Assembly: GCA_964344565.1 (NCBI GenBank)
Contig: CAYFNT010000011.1
Coordinates: 5,622-69,621 of the forward strand
Reading direction: 5' to 3'
DNA length: 64,000 nucleotides
Source: an uncultured bacterium
GTDB lineage: Bacteria > Krumholzibacteriota > Krumholzibacteriia > JACNKJ01
This document shows positions 37,009-46,302 of this stretch, piece by piece (the first letter of the stretch is position 1; each line of letters opens with the position of its first letter). A program made the position numbers and the translations under genes. The notes under the pieces were generated by a model. The model made no database searches and was not told the DNA's origin. It saw nothing but the letters and a program-made list of their open reading frames with translations.

Positions 37009-38958
37009 ATGAGACACGAGGAAGCCCAATTACTTTTAAGCGATCTGGTCCTCGGCGAACTGGAAGCTGACGCGGCCGCGAAGCTGCGAGACCACCTCGC
37101 CGAGTGCGCCGCATGCCGCCGCGAGCGTGACTTCATCGAGGTCCTCGTCGAGGAGCTGCGGGAAGGGGGCGAGGAGATCCTCGCCGGCCATCCAGACGTC
37201 GAGGACCTGGCCGCCTTCGGCCTCGGCGACACGCCCATGGAGTCCGAGCGCCGTGCCGGCATCGAATGTCACCTGAGGATCTGCCGCCACTGCCGTGAAG
37301 AGCTGGACTTGGTCAGGCGCGCGGCGCGAGCCGCCTATCCGACCGCCGCCAAGCGCCCCGGGTCCTGGCGCAACTGGCTGGTGGCGGCCCTGCTGCTGGT
37401 GATCGTCGCCCTGGCCTGGCCGGCCTACCGGGGCATCTTCAATCAGGAGCGGCCGCAACTGGTAGTCCACTCCGGCCAGCTGCTCAATCTGCCCGAGCCC
37501 GGCCTGGCCCAGCAAGGCGAGGTGCCGGTGCTGGCCCTCGCCGACGATCTCTCCCACTTGCCGGTGGCCGTGGCCTGGGACCTGGAGATACGCGGCGACC
37601 AGGATTTGCTCTTCAGCCTGGCCGAGTTGCCCTCGGGCAGCGAGATCTGGAGCGAGCGAGGCCGGGCCTCCCGCTTCTTCGACGCGGGTCTGAAGGCCCT
37701 GTCCCTCATGGTCCCCGCCGGCGGCCTGGGTGCCGGCACCTACCAACTCGTGGTAAAGAACCCGAGGGACGGATCGGTGCTGGGCAGCTACCGGTTCCGC
37801 CTCGGCCTCGGCGGGCGTTCACGGGAAGGCGGCGGCGCCTCGGTGCCGACGCCGGACGGGGGCTTCCTCATCGCCGGCGAGACCTATTCATTCGGCCTGG
37901 GGCAGTCCGACGGCTGGGTCATCAAGACCGACGAGATGGGCCTGGTAGAGTGGAGCCGCAGCTACGGCGGCCTCGGCTGGGATGGCTTCGCCGACGTCAT
38001 CCGTGTCGAGGACGGCTATGTGCTCTGCGGCTGGGCGGGCAACGCCTATGCCCACCTGTGGCTGTTGAAGATCAGCGAGCAGGGGGACATCGTCTGGGAT
38101 AGGCGCTTTGGCACCGAGCGCGCCTGGGACAACGGCCGCGAGGTCGTACAGCTGAGCGACGGCGGCTTCGCAGCCGTGGGCTACACGAATTCCTACGGCC
38201 CCGGGGCCTTCGCCGTCTACCTGGTGCGCACCGATGCCCAGGGACGCCGCCTGTGGCAGAAGACCTACGGCGGCGAGAACAACGACGTGGGCTACGGGTT
38301 GGTGGAAGCGCCGGACGGTGGGCTGACTCTGGTGGCCCGCACCGGCTCTTTCGGGGCCGGCGGCATGGACGCCTGGGTCGTTCACACCGATGCCGAAGGC
38401 GAGATCCTATGGGATCGGACCTTCGGCAGCGAGGTCCAGGACCACGGCACCGACCTCGTCCTCTTGCCGGAGGGCGGCTACCTCCTCGTCGGCTCGAGCG
38501 AACTGGCGGGCATCGGCAGCAAGACGAGCTGGCTGCGCCACCTGGACGAGAAGGGCGATGAGATCTGGTACCGGGGATACCCGGAGGGGGACTACGGCTA
38601 TTTCCACTCAGCGATGATCGCCAGCACGGGCGATCTTGTTATCGCCGGCTCTCGTGCTGATCAGCGCTCCGGGGAGACCAACTATTGGGTCGCCGCTTTT
38701 GACCTGCTGGGCGAAGTGTTGTGGAGCCACCAGTACGGCGGCGTGGGCGAGGACATGGCTCAGGGCTTATGCGAGGGCCGAGCCGGCGGCTACCTTCTCA
38801 GCGGTACCACCAGTTCCTGGGGAGCCGGTGACAAGGACTTCTGGATCATCAAGACCGACGCCGAGGGCCACTGGGAGCCTGGCAATCCCAGCCGCGAGAT
38901 CTGGGACCGTGTGCTCGCGCGCATGCGCGCCGAGGACGGCGGCAAGCCGCAGCTGTAA
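37009..38958 (+). CDS. Anti-sigma factor: zinc-finger N-domain, one TM helix, periplasmic SBBP-type beta-propeller repeats
   Basis: HLAECAACRRE...CHLRICRHCREE (ZAS-like), TM WLVAALLLVIVALAW, then ~6 repeats of about 55 aa (YGGxxxDxGxxxxxxxDGGxxxxGxTxSxGxGxxDxWxxKxDxxGxxxW). Divergent from the sigma gene. Confidence 0.7.
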   Translation: MRHEEAQLLLSDLVLGELEADAAAKLRDHLAECAACRRERDFIEVLVEELREGGEEILAGHPDVEDLAAFGLGDTPMESERRAGIECHLRICRHCREELDLVRRAARAAYPTAAKRPGSWRNWLVAALLLVIVALAWPAYRGIFNQERPQLVVHSGQLLNLPEPGLAQQGEVPVLALADDLSHLPVAVAWDLEIRGDQDLLFSLAELPSGSEIWSERGRASRFFDAGLKALSLMVPAGGLGAGTYQLVVKNPRDGSVLGSYRFRLGLGGRSREGGGASVPTPDGGFLIAGETYSFGLGQSDGWVIKTDEMGLVEWSRSYGGLGWDGFADVIRVEDGYVLCGWAGNAYAHLWLLKISEQGDIVWDRRFGTERAWDNGREVVQLSDGGFAAVGYTNSYGPGAFAVYLVRTDAQGRRLWQKTYGGENNDVGYGLVEAPDGGLTLVARTGSFGAGGMDAWVVHTDAEGEILWDRTFGSEVQDHGTDLVLLPEGGYLLVGSSELAGIGSKTSWLRHLDEKGDEIWYRGYPEGDYGYFHSAMIASTGDLVIAGSRADQRSGETNYWVAAFDLLGEVLWSHQYGGVGEDMAQGLCEGRAGGYLLSGTTSSWGAGDKDFWIIKTDAEGHWEPGNPSREIWDRVLARMRAEDGGKPQL

Positions 38959-39071
38959 GTATTTCCTAACAAGTCAAGTCTTTGAACGACCAGTCATGCG
39001 CGTCGAAGTGGTAGGGGTGTTCCATGCCTGATCCCCACATTCGGCAGCTTACAGGGTCGAAAGGAGACTCA

Positions 39072-40202
39072 ATGCGTTCGCTCGCTCTCATCACGCTGCT
39101 CGGCATCGCGGGATCCACTTCCGCAGCCGTTCTGAATGTGCCTGAAGACTTCGGAACGATTCAGGAGGCGATCATTTCCGCAGAGGACGGCGATCGCGTG
39201 GAGGTCGCTCCGGGTGTCTACTCCGGGGAGGGCAATGTGAATCTGGACTTCCTGCAGAAGTCGATCTCCCTGTTCGGAGTCTCGGGGCCCGAAGTGACAA
39301 GCATCGATTGCCAGAATGGCTCCAGGGCCTTCGACCTTTCGGGGGATAGGGCGATACAGTGCAGCATCGAAGGCTTCACGGTGATGAACGCCGATCCGGG
39401 AGGCGGATACCCCAGTGGCAACGGCGGAGCGATGCGTCTATCCGGACTCACCCTCACGCTCGAAAACTGCGTGTTCACCCAAAACAGGTCGGGCTACCAC
39501 GGGGGAGCGATCTGGCTGAATCACTCGGACATGATCATCAGAGGCTGCAGTTTCGTCGAAAATCAGGCCCCAAGCGGCCCACACGCCCATGCTGGGGCAA
39601 TCCTGGTCCAGGACTATTGCAACGTCCTCATCGAAGATTCGAGCTTCATCGGCAACATCGCCCATGAGAATGCAGGGGCCTTGTTCGTGAATGGGAGCGA
39701 CGATGTGCAGGTGGTCAATAGCCTCTTCAGCGGCAACACCGCGAGCACCGGTTCTGGTGCGGGGATATACGCCGGTGGCCCTGTCCACGCGATCAATCTG
39801 ACCCTGGTCGGGAATCATGCGGGTTCGGGGACTGGTGGCGGAATCTGCGTGTCCGATGGAGCCAGCCAATTGACGCTCGAGAACTCGATCATTGCCTTTT
39901 CTACGGCGGGAGAGGCGATCTACAGCTCCGATCCGGGAAACACAACCATTCTCTGCAGTGATCTGTACGGGAATCTCGGCGGCGACTGGACGGGAAACAT
40001 CGCGGGCCAGCACGGTTCGGCGGGAAATATCTCGGAGAACCCCCTGATCTGCGATTTCGAATTCGCCAACTACTCGCTGGAGACCGTTTCGCCATGCGCC
40101 CCCGCCAACAACGAATGTGGAGTGCTGATTGGTAGCTCACCCGTCGGCTGTTCCACTCAGGCTCGAAACAGTACCTGGGGAAAGGTGAAGGCCAGCTTCT
40201 GA
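39072..40202 (+). CDS. Secreted right-handed parallel beta-helix repeat protein
   Basis: Signal peptide MRSLALITLLGIAGSTSA. Repeated ...NxxxxGGAIxxxxS... beta-helix rungs. GC ~57%, lower than background. Confidence 0.7.
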   Translation: MRSLALITLLGIAGSTSAAVLNVPEDFGTIQEAIISAEDGDRVEVAPGVYSGEGNVNLDFLQKSISLFGVSGPEVTSIDCQNGSRAFDLSGDRAIQCSIEGFTVMNADPGGGYPSGNGGAMRLSGLTLTLENCVFTQNRSGYHGGAIWLNHSDMIIRGCSFVENQAPSGPHAHAGAILVQDYCNVLIEDSSFIGNIAHENAGALFVNGSDDVQVVNSLFSGNTASTGSGAGIYAGGPVHAINLTLVGNHAGSGTGGGICVSDGASQLTLENSIIAFSTAGEAIYSSDPGNTTILCSDLYGNLGGDWTGNIAGQHGSAGNISENPLICDFEFANYSLETVSPCAPANNECGVLIGSSPVGCSTQARNSTWGKVKASF

Positions 40203-40320
40203 ATCCTGGAGGCCGAGAGTCGATGGAGCTCATTCCTGTGGCCCACATTCTTGGTGCGAACCACCCGCGAGAAATAGATCCCTTAAAGACATCGGGACAC
40301 AACGGTAAGGCGATAGCAAA

Positions 40321-40917
40321 GTGGAGGGCTTAAAAGTGAATCGAATCGAACAGATGCTGATGCAGATCACCAGGATGCTGGCTCTTGTCGGAAGTCTGCT
40401 GATTCTGGTGCTCATCGTCGTTCTGGCCTTCTCTCTGAGCGGAGGGAGTGGAGGGTCGAATGAGGTCACCCTGGATGAAGTCCTCGCGATCGCTCAGCCC
40501 GCCGGGCAAGCCGAAGACATGGATTCAGGGGAAAGGGCGGATGAAGTCGAGATTCCCGAGTCAGTGAGGCAGTACCTGGATGGTGACAATGCCGAAATCG
40601 TCCTTGCCTGGGTCGTGGACATGAGTGCGTCCGACCGCGCCGATTTCTTCGGCAACCTCGACGAAGTGCTGAAAAAGGCGCACCGACAGCATGCCGAAAT
40701 CGACGTGGCAAGCCTGTTCAACACCTATCACTCATTGAAGCTCGAGGAGATGAGCCAGTCGGAATTCGAAAGGCTTGGCGGCCAGTACAAGGAGATGGCT
40801 CGTAAAGCCGGCCTGCTCGCGGCCATTCTCGGTCTCGCCGTTCTTTTCATGCTCGCGACCATGATCATCATGCTGAAAGCCATTGAAACTAACACCCGCC
40901 CTTCCGCGGAAATCTAG
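40321..40917 (+). CDS. Hypothetical membrane protein (N- and C-terminal TM helices, acidic central region)
   Basis: LALVGSLLILVLIVVLAF...GGSGGS linker...LLAAILGLAVLFMLATMIIML. GC ~53%. Confidence 0.5.
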   Translation: MEGLKVNRIEQMLMQITRMLALVGSLLILVLIVVLAFSLSGGSGGSNEVTLDEVLAIAQPAGQAEDMDSGERADEVEIPESVRQYLDGDNAEIVLAWVVDMSASDRADFFGNLDEVLKKAHRQHAEIDVASLFNTYHSLKLEEMSQSEFERLGGQYKEMARKAGLLAAILGLAVLFMLATMIIMLKAIETNTRPSAEI

Positions 40918-40932
40918 ACCTGGGGGGAATCA

Positions 40933-41151
40933 GTGGAATCGGACTACGCGTCCGCTTTGCTGGTCCTCGCCGGCACACTGATGGGCGGGTTCGAGGCCGA
41001 CGAGCTGCGCAGGCTCCTGGTGAGGGTCGGTGACGTCCGCGTCAAGCGCCCCGACGGCGGTGAATGGTGGTATCTGGTCGGCCGGGAACCCGTGAGGATC
41101 GCCCGTCTCGAGGCTCGGAGACAGGCGCAGGATGAGGTGAGGGCAAGCTGA
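40933..41151 (+). CDS. Small hypothetical protein (72 aa, GTG start)
   Basis: ORF only; sits 16 nt after the previous gene. Weak call. Confidence 0.3.
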   Translation: MESDYASALLVLAGTLMGGFEADELRRLLVRVGDVRVKRPDGGEWWYLVGREPVRIARLEARRQAQDEVRAS

Positions 41152-41277
41152 GCGCAGGCTCATCCTTCCCCCATTCGAACACGACTTGATCCCGCCGCGG
41201 GCATCCATTAAAGTCGCCCCCGTCCGGAATCCGCCGACCGCGCGGGTTCCCTCGCATCACATCCCGGGAGAGTCCGA

Positions 41278-42264
41278 ATGCCAGATCTCGAAGTTCTTCA
41301 GCAGGGCCTAGGAGAACTGCTCCAGCCGCCCGATCTCGCCGCCTTCCGCGCCTGGAACCGCGACAACAAGTCCATGGCGCTGGAAGACAAGCTCATGTCC
41401 GAGAAGGAAGCCGTCAGCCGATTCGTGAATGGCGGCGACTACATCGGCTTCGAACTCTACGGCACCTGTCGCGCGCCGCTGAACGTGGTGCGCGAGATCG
41501 TGCGTCAGGGCCCGAAGGATCTGCGCCTGGTCGGCCAGGGCCTGCAGGACGTCGACTTCCTCGTGGCCGCCGGACTCGTGAAGGCCATGGACCTGACCTA
41601 CGTGGGATACGAAGTGCACGGTCTCTCGCCGGTACTCCGCACGGCCGCCGAGAAGAAGGGACTTCAGCTGGTCGAGTGGAGCAACGCCGCCATCGCCTGG
41701 CGTTTCAAGGCCGCGGCCATGGGCGTGCCCTTCCTGCCCATCAGCAGCATGCTCGGCACCGACACCTTCAACTACTCGGCGGGCATGGTGTCCGAATGTC
41801 CCTTCACGGGAAAGCGGGTCATGCTGCTTCCCGCGCTGATTCTCGACTGCGGCATCATCCACGTGCACAAGGCCGACAGGTACGGCAACTGCTTCCTCGA
41901 GGGAATCAGCGGATTCGCCCTGGAGATGGCTCGCGCGAGCAAGCGCGTGATCATCAGCGCCGAGGAGATCGTGGACACCGACGAGTTCCGTACCTACCCG
42001 GACCGCAACGTGATTCCCTACTTCCTCGTGGATGCCGTGGTGCACGGTCCCTTCGCGAGCCACCCGGGCGAGATGCCCAACCTCTACGGGCGCGACGAGC
42101 CGGCGATCATGGAATGGCTGAAGCTCGGCAAGGACGAGGAGGCCGTGAACGCCTACCTCAAGAAGCACTGCTACGACCTGGAAGATCACGCGGCCTATCT
42201 CGAGATGATCGGCGGCGAGGCCAAGATGGCCGAGCTGCGCGACATCGCCGTGGGGAGGGAATAA
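41278..42264 (+). CDS. CoA-transferase subunit A (glutaconate/3-oxoacid CoA-transferase family)
   Basis: ...NGGDYIGFELYGTCRAPLNVVREIVRQG...DLRLVGQG... is the family I CoA-transferase alpha subunit. Start may be an internal M (41374). Confidence 0.8.
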   Translation: MPDLEVLQQGLGELLQPPDLAAFRAWNRDNKSMALEDKLMSEKEAVSRFVNGGDYIGFELYGTCRAPLNVVREIVRQGPKDLRLVGQGLQDVDFLVAAGLVKAMDLTYVGYEVHGLSPVLRTAAEKKGLQLVEWSNAAIAWRFKAAAMGVPFLPISSMLGTDTFNYSAGMVSECPFTGKRVMLLPALILDCGIIHVHKADRYGNCFLEGISGFALEMARASKRVIISAEEIVDTDEFRTYPDRNVIPYFLVDAVVHGPFASHPGEMPNLYGRDEPAIMEWLKLGKDEEAVNAYLKKHCYDLEDHAAYLEMIGGEAKMAELRDIAVGRE

Positions 42265-43028
42265 TGGCCAGCGAATACAACGCCAACGAACTGCTCATCT
42301 CCCTTTCGGCCCGGCTCATGGAGGATCGCTCGAGCGCCTTCATCGGCACCGGCGTGCCCATGCTGGCGGCGGCCCTGGCCAAGCGCCTCTACGCGCCGGA
42401 CCTGGTCAGCGTCTTCGAATTCGGCGGCATCGGTTCCACCCTCAAGTATCTGCCGCGGGGAGTGGGCGAATCGAAGACCTTCTACCGGGCGCTGGTGGCC
42501 ACGGGCATCTGCGACGTCATGGAGAACGCGGCCCGCGGATTCGTGACCTACGGCTTCCTCGGCGGCGCGCAGATCGACATGTACGGCAACCTCAACAGCA
42601 CGGTCATCGGCGACCACGACAAGCCCAAGGTGCGCATGCCCGGCAGCGGCGGCGGCAACGACGTGGGGAGCTTCTGCTGGAAGACCATCGCCGTGATGCG
42701 CCACGAGAAGACGCGCTTCATCCCGAAGCTCGATTTCTACACCACGCCGGGATACCTCACCGGACCCGGTTCACGCGAAGCGGCCGGCCTTTTCCCCGAA
42801 ACCGGGCCCTATCGCGTGGTCACGAATCTGGCCACCCTGGGATACGACGAGGAGAGCTGCCGCATGAAGCTGCTGGCGCTGAATCCCGGAGTCGAACTAG
42901 AGGAGGTGGTGGAGAACACCGGTTTCGAGTTGGTCATCCCCGACGAGGTGGGTCGCAACGACCCGCCCAGCGAGGAGGAGCTTCGCGCCCTGCGCGAGGA
43001 CATCGATCCGGACGGGCTCTACATCTAG
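42264..43028 (+). CDS. CoA-transferase subunit B
   Basis: MASEYNANELL...GTGVPMLAA...FEFGGIG...MPGSGGGNDV... (beta subunit; the glutamate in the SENG-like region is replaced). TAATG overlap with subunit A. Confidence 0.8.
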   Translation: MASEYNANELLISLSARLMEDRSSAFIGTGVPMLAAALAKRLYAPDLVSVFEFGGIGSTLKYLPRGVGESKTFYRALVATGICDVMENAARGFVTYGFLGGAQIDMYGNLNSTVIGDHDKPKVRMPGSGGGNDVGSFCWKTIAVMRHEKTRFIPKLDFYTTPGYLTGPGSREAAGLFPETGPYRVVTNLATLGYDEESCRMKLLALNPGVELEEVVENTGFELVIPDEVGRNDPPSEEELRALREDIDPDGLYI

Positions 43029-43072
43029 CCGAATCGAAAAGGGCCGGCGGAAATCGCCGGCCCTTCGTGCAT

Positions 43073-44314
43073 CTAGGATGTCTGCTTGGGCCCTCGGGTC
43101 GGCGCGGGCGGTTCGCCGGCGGTCTTGCCCGCGTCGAAATCGAACTCGGGTTCGGCCTCGTCCAGCTGGGGCGGCCCGTCCACGGGCAGCGTGAAGCTGA
43201 ACACGCTGCCCTCGCCGACCACGCTTTCCACCCAGATCTCGCCGCCGTGAAGGTTCACGTAGTGGCGCGCCAGGTCGAGTCCGAGGCCGGTGCCGTTTTC
43301 CATGAGGGCCATGGGATTGTCGCTGCGATGGAAGCGCTGGAAGACCTTGTCCAGGTCGCTGGCGCCGATGCCGATGCCCGTGTCGCTCACCTCCACCAGC
43401 ACGTTGTCGCCCCGCCGCTGGCAGCTGATCTCCACCTCGCCCCCCGGCTTGTTGTACTTCACGGCATTGGTGAGCAGGTTCCAGATGACCTGCTGGATGC
43501 GGAAACCGTCCATGCGCAGGGAGGGCAGGGTCTGACGCTCGCGGACGATGAGCTTCACGTCCTTCTTCTGCGCGCGGGCCTGCACCGTGCCGATGGCCTC
43601 AGCGATGACTTCGCTCAGCTCGGTCCGCTGCAGATTGAGGCGATTCTGGCTGTCCTGGTTCGCGGAGAAATCGAGCAGATCCTCGATGAGTTGCTGCAGC
43701 TTGAGGCTCTGATCGTAGACGACCTTCGTGAATTCCTCGCGCACCTCTCCCGGCAGCTGGCTGGTGTTCAGCTGCTCGGAGTAGGCGATGATGGAGGTCA
43801 ATGGCGTCTTGAGCTCGTGGCTCACCTTCGCGAGAACGTCCAGCTTCTTCTTGCTCTCTTCGATCATGCGCAGGTTGGAGCGGCGCAGCTCGGTGAGCAG
43901 CTCGTTGCGCTGGCGAAGGTAGATGCCGCTGATGGCGTTCTTGCCCTTGTTGAGAAGTCGGCTCAGGCGATTCAGATTGTCATGGAGCAGTTCGGGATCG
44001 CTGCGCAGGGCCACCTCGTCCCAGATGAGTTCGCCCATGAGGTCGAGCACCTGCTGCATGGCCTCGATGGGCTCGCCGCCCTTGGCCCCGCGGTCGCCCG
44101 CGAAATCGATGAAGAAGGTGTAGAGGAAGTCGTTCTCGTAGCGCAGAGACTGGAGGATGGGGTCCAGGTAGCTCCAGGCCAGCTTGTCCAGCTCGGCGCG
44201 GTCCAGGTCGTGGAAATGCCCGTGGCCGGATTCGGCCAGGGCCGCGGCCATCTTCGACTGAACGGCGGGAAGAGACTCCTCGAAAATTTCGAGCAGAGAG
44301 GCAGTTTTTGCCAC
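43073..44314 (-). CDS. Cytoplasmic sensor histidine kinase (HisKA + HATPase_c), no TM segment, no adjacent response regulator
   Basis: GTG start after GGAG. H-box SHELKTPLTSI, N-box ...LLTNAVKYN..., G-boxes DTGIGI and GTGLGL. Confidence 0.8.
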   Translation of the reverse strand: MAKTASLLEIFEESLPAVQSKMAAALAESGHGHFHDLDRAELDKLAWSYLDPILQSLRYENDFLYTFFIDFAGDRGAKGGEPIEAMQQVLDLMGELIWDEVALRSDPELLHDNLNRLSRLLNKGKNAISGIYLRQRNELLTELRRSNLRMIEESKKKLDVLAKVSHELKTPLTSIIAYSEQLNTSQLPGEVREEFTKVVYDQSLKLQQLIEDLLDFSANQDSQNRLNLQRTELSEVIAEAIGTVQARAQKKDVKLIVRERQTLPSLRMDGFRIQQVIWNLLTNAVKYNKPGGEVEISCQRRGDNVLVEVSDTGIGIGASDLDKVFQRFHRSDNPMALMENGTGLGLDLARHYVNLHGGEIWVESVVGEGSVFSFTLPVDGPPQLDEAEPEFDFDAGKTAGEPPAPTRGPKQTS

Positions 44315-44474
44315 GGTCGCTCCTGCACGGCGGTTAGAATCCCCGAGAACCCTCACCGAGGGTGCCCCATGCTTCCTTTTGATTCCCGATCCTTCCCGGT
44401 GTAATCTCCCATCCGGCGCGGCTCCGGGAGGCGCGCCCATCCGGGAAGGATGAAGCAGAAAGCGAGCAAAAAGC

Positions 44475-44957
44475 ATGTCAGGACTTTCTCACATGGATGA
44501 GCGTGGTCGAGCCCGCATGGTGGATGTGGGAGGCAAGAAAATCAGCGCCCGCAAGGCAGTCGCCTCCGGTCGCGTGGAACTGGGGGAGGCGGCCTTCGAG
44601 GCCCTTCGGGAGAACCGCGCCGGCAAGGGCGACGCGCTCTCGGTGGCCCAGGTGGCCGGCATTCTCGCCGCGAAGAGGACCGGCGAATTGATCCCGCTCT
44701 GTCATCCACTGCCGCTCACCCATGTGGGCGTGGAGTTCGAACTGCTCGAGGACGATCGTGCCGTGCGAATCGTCGCCTCGGCGGCCTGCGAAGGGGTCAC
44801 GGGCGTGGAGATGGAAGCGCTCACGGCGGTGAGTGTGGCCGCGCTCACCCTCTACGACATGCTCAAGGCCCTGGACAAGGGTATCCGCATCGCCGAGGTG
44901 CAGCTGCTCGAGAAGTCCGGTGGCAAGAGCGGACACTGGAAGCGGGAGGGCGCATGA
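44475..44957 (+). CDS. moaC: Cyclic pyranopterin monophosphate synthase accessory protein
   Basis: MVDVGGK...LSVAQVAGILAAKRTGELIPLCHPLPL...EALTAVSVAALTLYDMLKA. Confidence 0.85.
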   Translation: MSGLSHMDERGRARMVDVGGKKISARKAVASGRVELGEAAFEALRENRAGKGDALSVAQVAGILAAKRTGELIPLCHPLPLTHVGVEFELLEDDRAVRIVASAACEGVTGVEMEALTAVSVAALTLYDMLKALDKGIRIAEVQLLEKSGGKSGHWKREGA

Positions 44958-46186
44958 AGGGGCCGTCCAAGGTCTTCGTGAGCGTGGCCGAGGCGCTTTC
45001 GCTCATCGAATCCCGGCTTCCCGCCCCCACGCGGGAGCGGATCGCAGTGCCGGATGCGGCCGGCCGCGTGCTGGCCGAGGAGATCAGCTCGCCGGAGCCC
45101 CTTCCCGCCTTTTCCAACAGCGCCATGGACGGCTACGCCCTTCGGGCCGTCGACGTCGCCGGCGCCCAGCCCGAGACGCCCGTGGACCTGCCCCTCGCCG
45201 GCGAGATCGCCGCGGGAGAAGTGCCGCCGGCGGACTGGCCCGCGGGCACTTGCCTGCGCATCCTCACCGGCGCGCCGGCGCCCGAAGGGGCCGACGGCGT
45301 GGTGCCGGTGGAATCCACCGAGGAGTTGGATGGCGCCATTCGCTTCTACGCCGACCTCGACGCGACGGGCAGCAACATCAGGCCCGCCGGCGAGGACGTG
45401 AGGGCCGGCGACCGTCTGCTCGCGCCCGGCCATCTGATTCGTCCGGCCGAGATCGCACTTCTCGCAGCTCTGGGAATCCTGGAAATCGAGGTGACGCGCA
45501 AACCCCGCGTGGGTTTTATGGCCACCGGCGACGAGTTGCTGTCCCCGGGCGAAACGCCTCGCCCCGGCGCCATCCGGAACAGCAACACGCCCATGATTCT
45601 CTCCCTGCTCGCGGATCTCGGACTGGAGGGCGTGGATCTCGGCGTGGCGCCCGACGACGAGGCCGGCCTGCGAACCAAACTGGAACCCGCGCTCGCCGAC
45701 TGCGACCTGCTCATCAGTTCCGGGGGCGTTTCGGCGGGCCGATACGATCTGGTGGGGAAGGTGCTCGAGGACCTCGGCGCCGAATGGGTCTTCCACAAGA
45801 TCGCCCAGCAGCCGGGCAAGCCCCTGGCCTTCATGACCTGGCGCGGCAAGCCCATTTTCGGACTGCCCGGCAATCCCGTATCGGGATTCTTCACCTTCTG
45901 GTACTACGCTGCGCCCGCAATCCGGAAGATGATGGGCCTGACCGACGCCCATCCGCGGCACGTCATCGCGCGCCTCAAAGGCGAAATCGCCGGAAAGCCG
46001 AAGAAGGCCTTCTTCGGGCGCGCGCAAACGACGTGGGTGGGAGATCACTACGAAACCGAACCGCGGCCGCCCCACGGAAGCCACGTATTGAGCAGCCTGA
46101 CCCGGGCCAACAGCTTCATCATTCTGGAACCGGGAACGGGACAGCTTGGCAGCGGCGACCCGATTCGCGTGGCGCTCCTGGACTGA
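44954..46186 (+). CDS. moeA: Molybdopterin molybdenumtransferase
   Basis: ...PAFSNSAMDGYALR..., ...GDELL.PG...IRNSN..., ...ISSGGVSAGRYD..., ...GLPGNPVS... Overlaps moaC by 4 nt. Confidence 0.85.
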   Translation: MKGPSKVFVSVAEALSLIESRLPAPTRERIAVPDAAGRVLAEEISSPEPLPAFSNSAMDGYALRAVDVAGAQPETPVDLPLAGEIAAGEVPPADWPAGTCLRILTGAPAPEGADGVVPVESTEELDGAIRFYADLDATGSNIRPAGEDVRAGDRLLAPGHLIRPAEIALLAALGILEIEVTRKPRVGFMATGDELLSPGETPRPGAIRNSNTPMILSLLADLGLEGVDLGVAPDDEAGLRTKLEPALADCDLLISSGGVSAGRYDLVGKVLEDLGAEWVFHKIAQQPGKPLAFMTWRGKPIFGLPGNPVSGFFTFWYYAAPAIRKMMGLTDAHPRHVIARLKGEIAGKPKKAFFGRAQTTWVGDHYETEPRPPHGSHVLSSLTRANSFIILEPGTGQLGSGDPIRVALLD

Positions 46187-46190
46187 TGCC

Positions 46191-46302
46191 TGGAGCCTGG
46201 CGACTGGCGACTGTAGACTGGAGACCGGAGACTGGAGCCTGGCGACTGGCGACTGTAGACTGGAGACCGGAGACCGGAGACTGGAGCCTGGAGACTGTAG
46301 AC
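46191..46302. repeat. 16-unit heptamer tandem array (TGGAGAC/TGGCGAC/TGTAGAC/CGGAGAC, the same GACTGGN family as 16116..16220) with a ~49-bp higher-order duplication
   Basis: Fills the whole gap between the moeA stop (46184-46186) and the DUF4230 stop (46302-46304). Confidence 0.9.

Noticed and set aside
41278-44314. Two-component system (histidine kinase 43073..44314)
   Set aside because: No response-regulator gene is adjacent on either side; the kinase is an orphan in this window.
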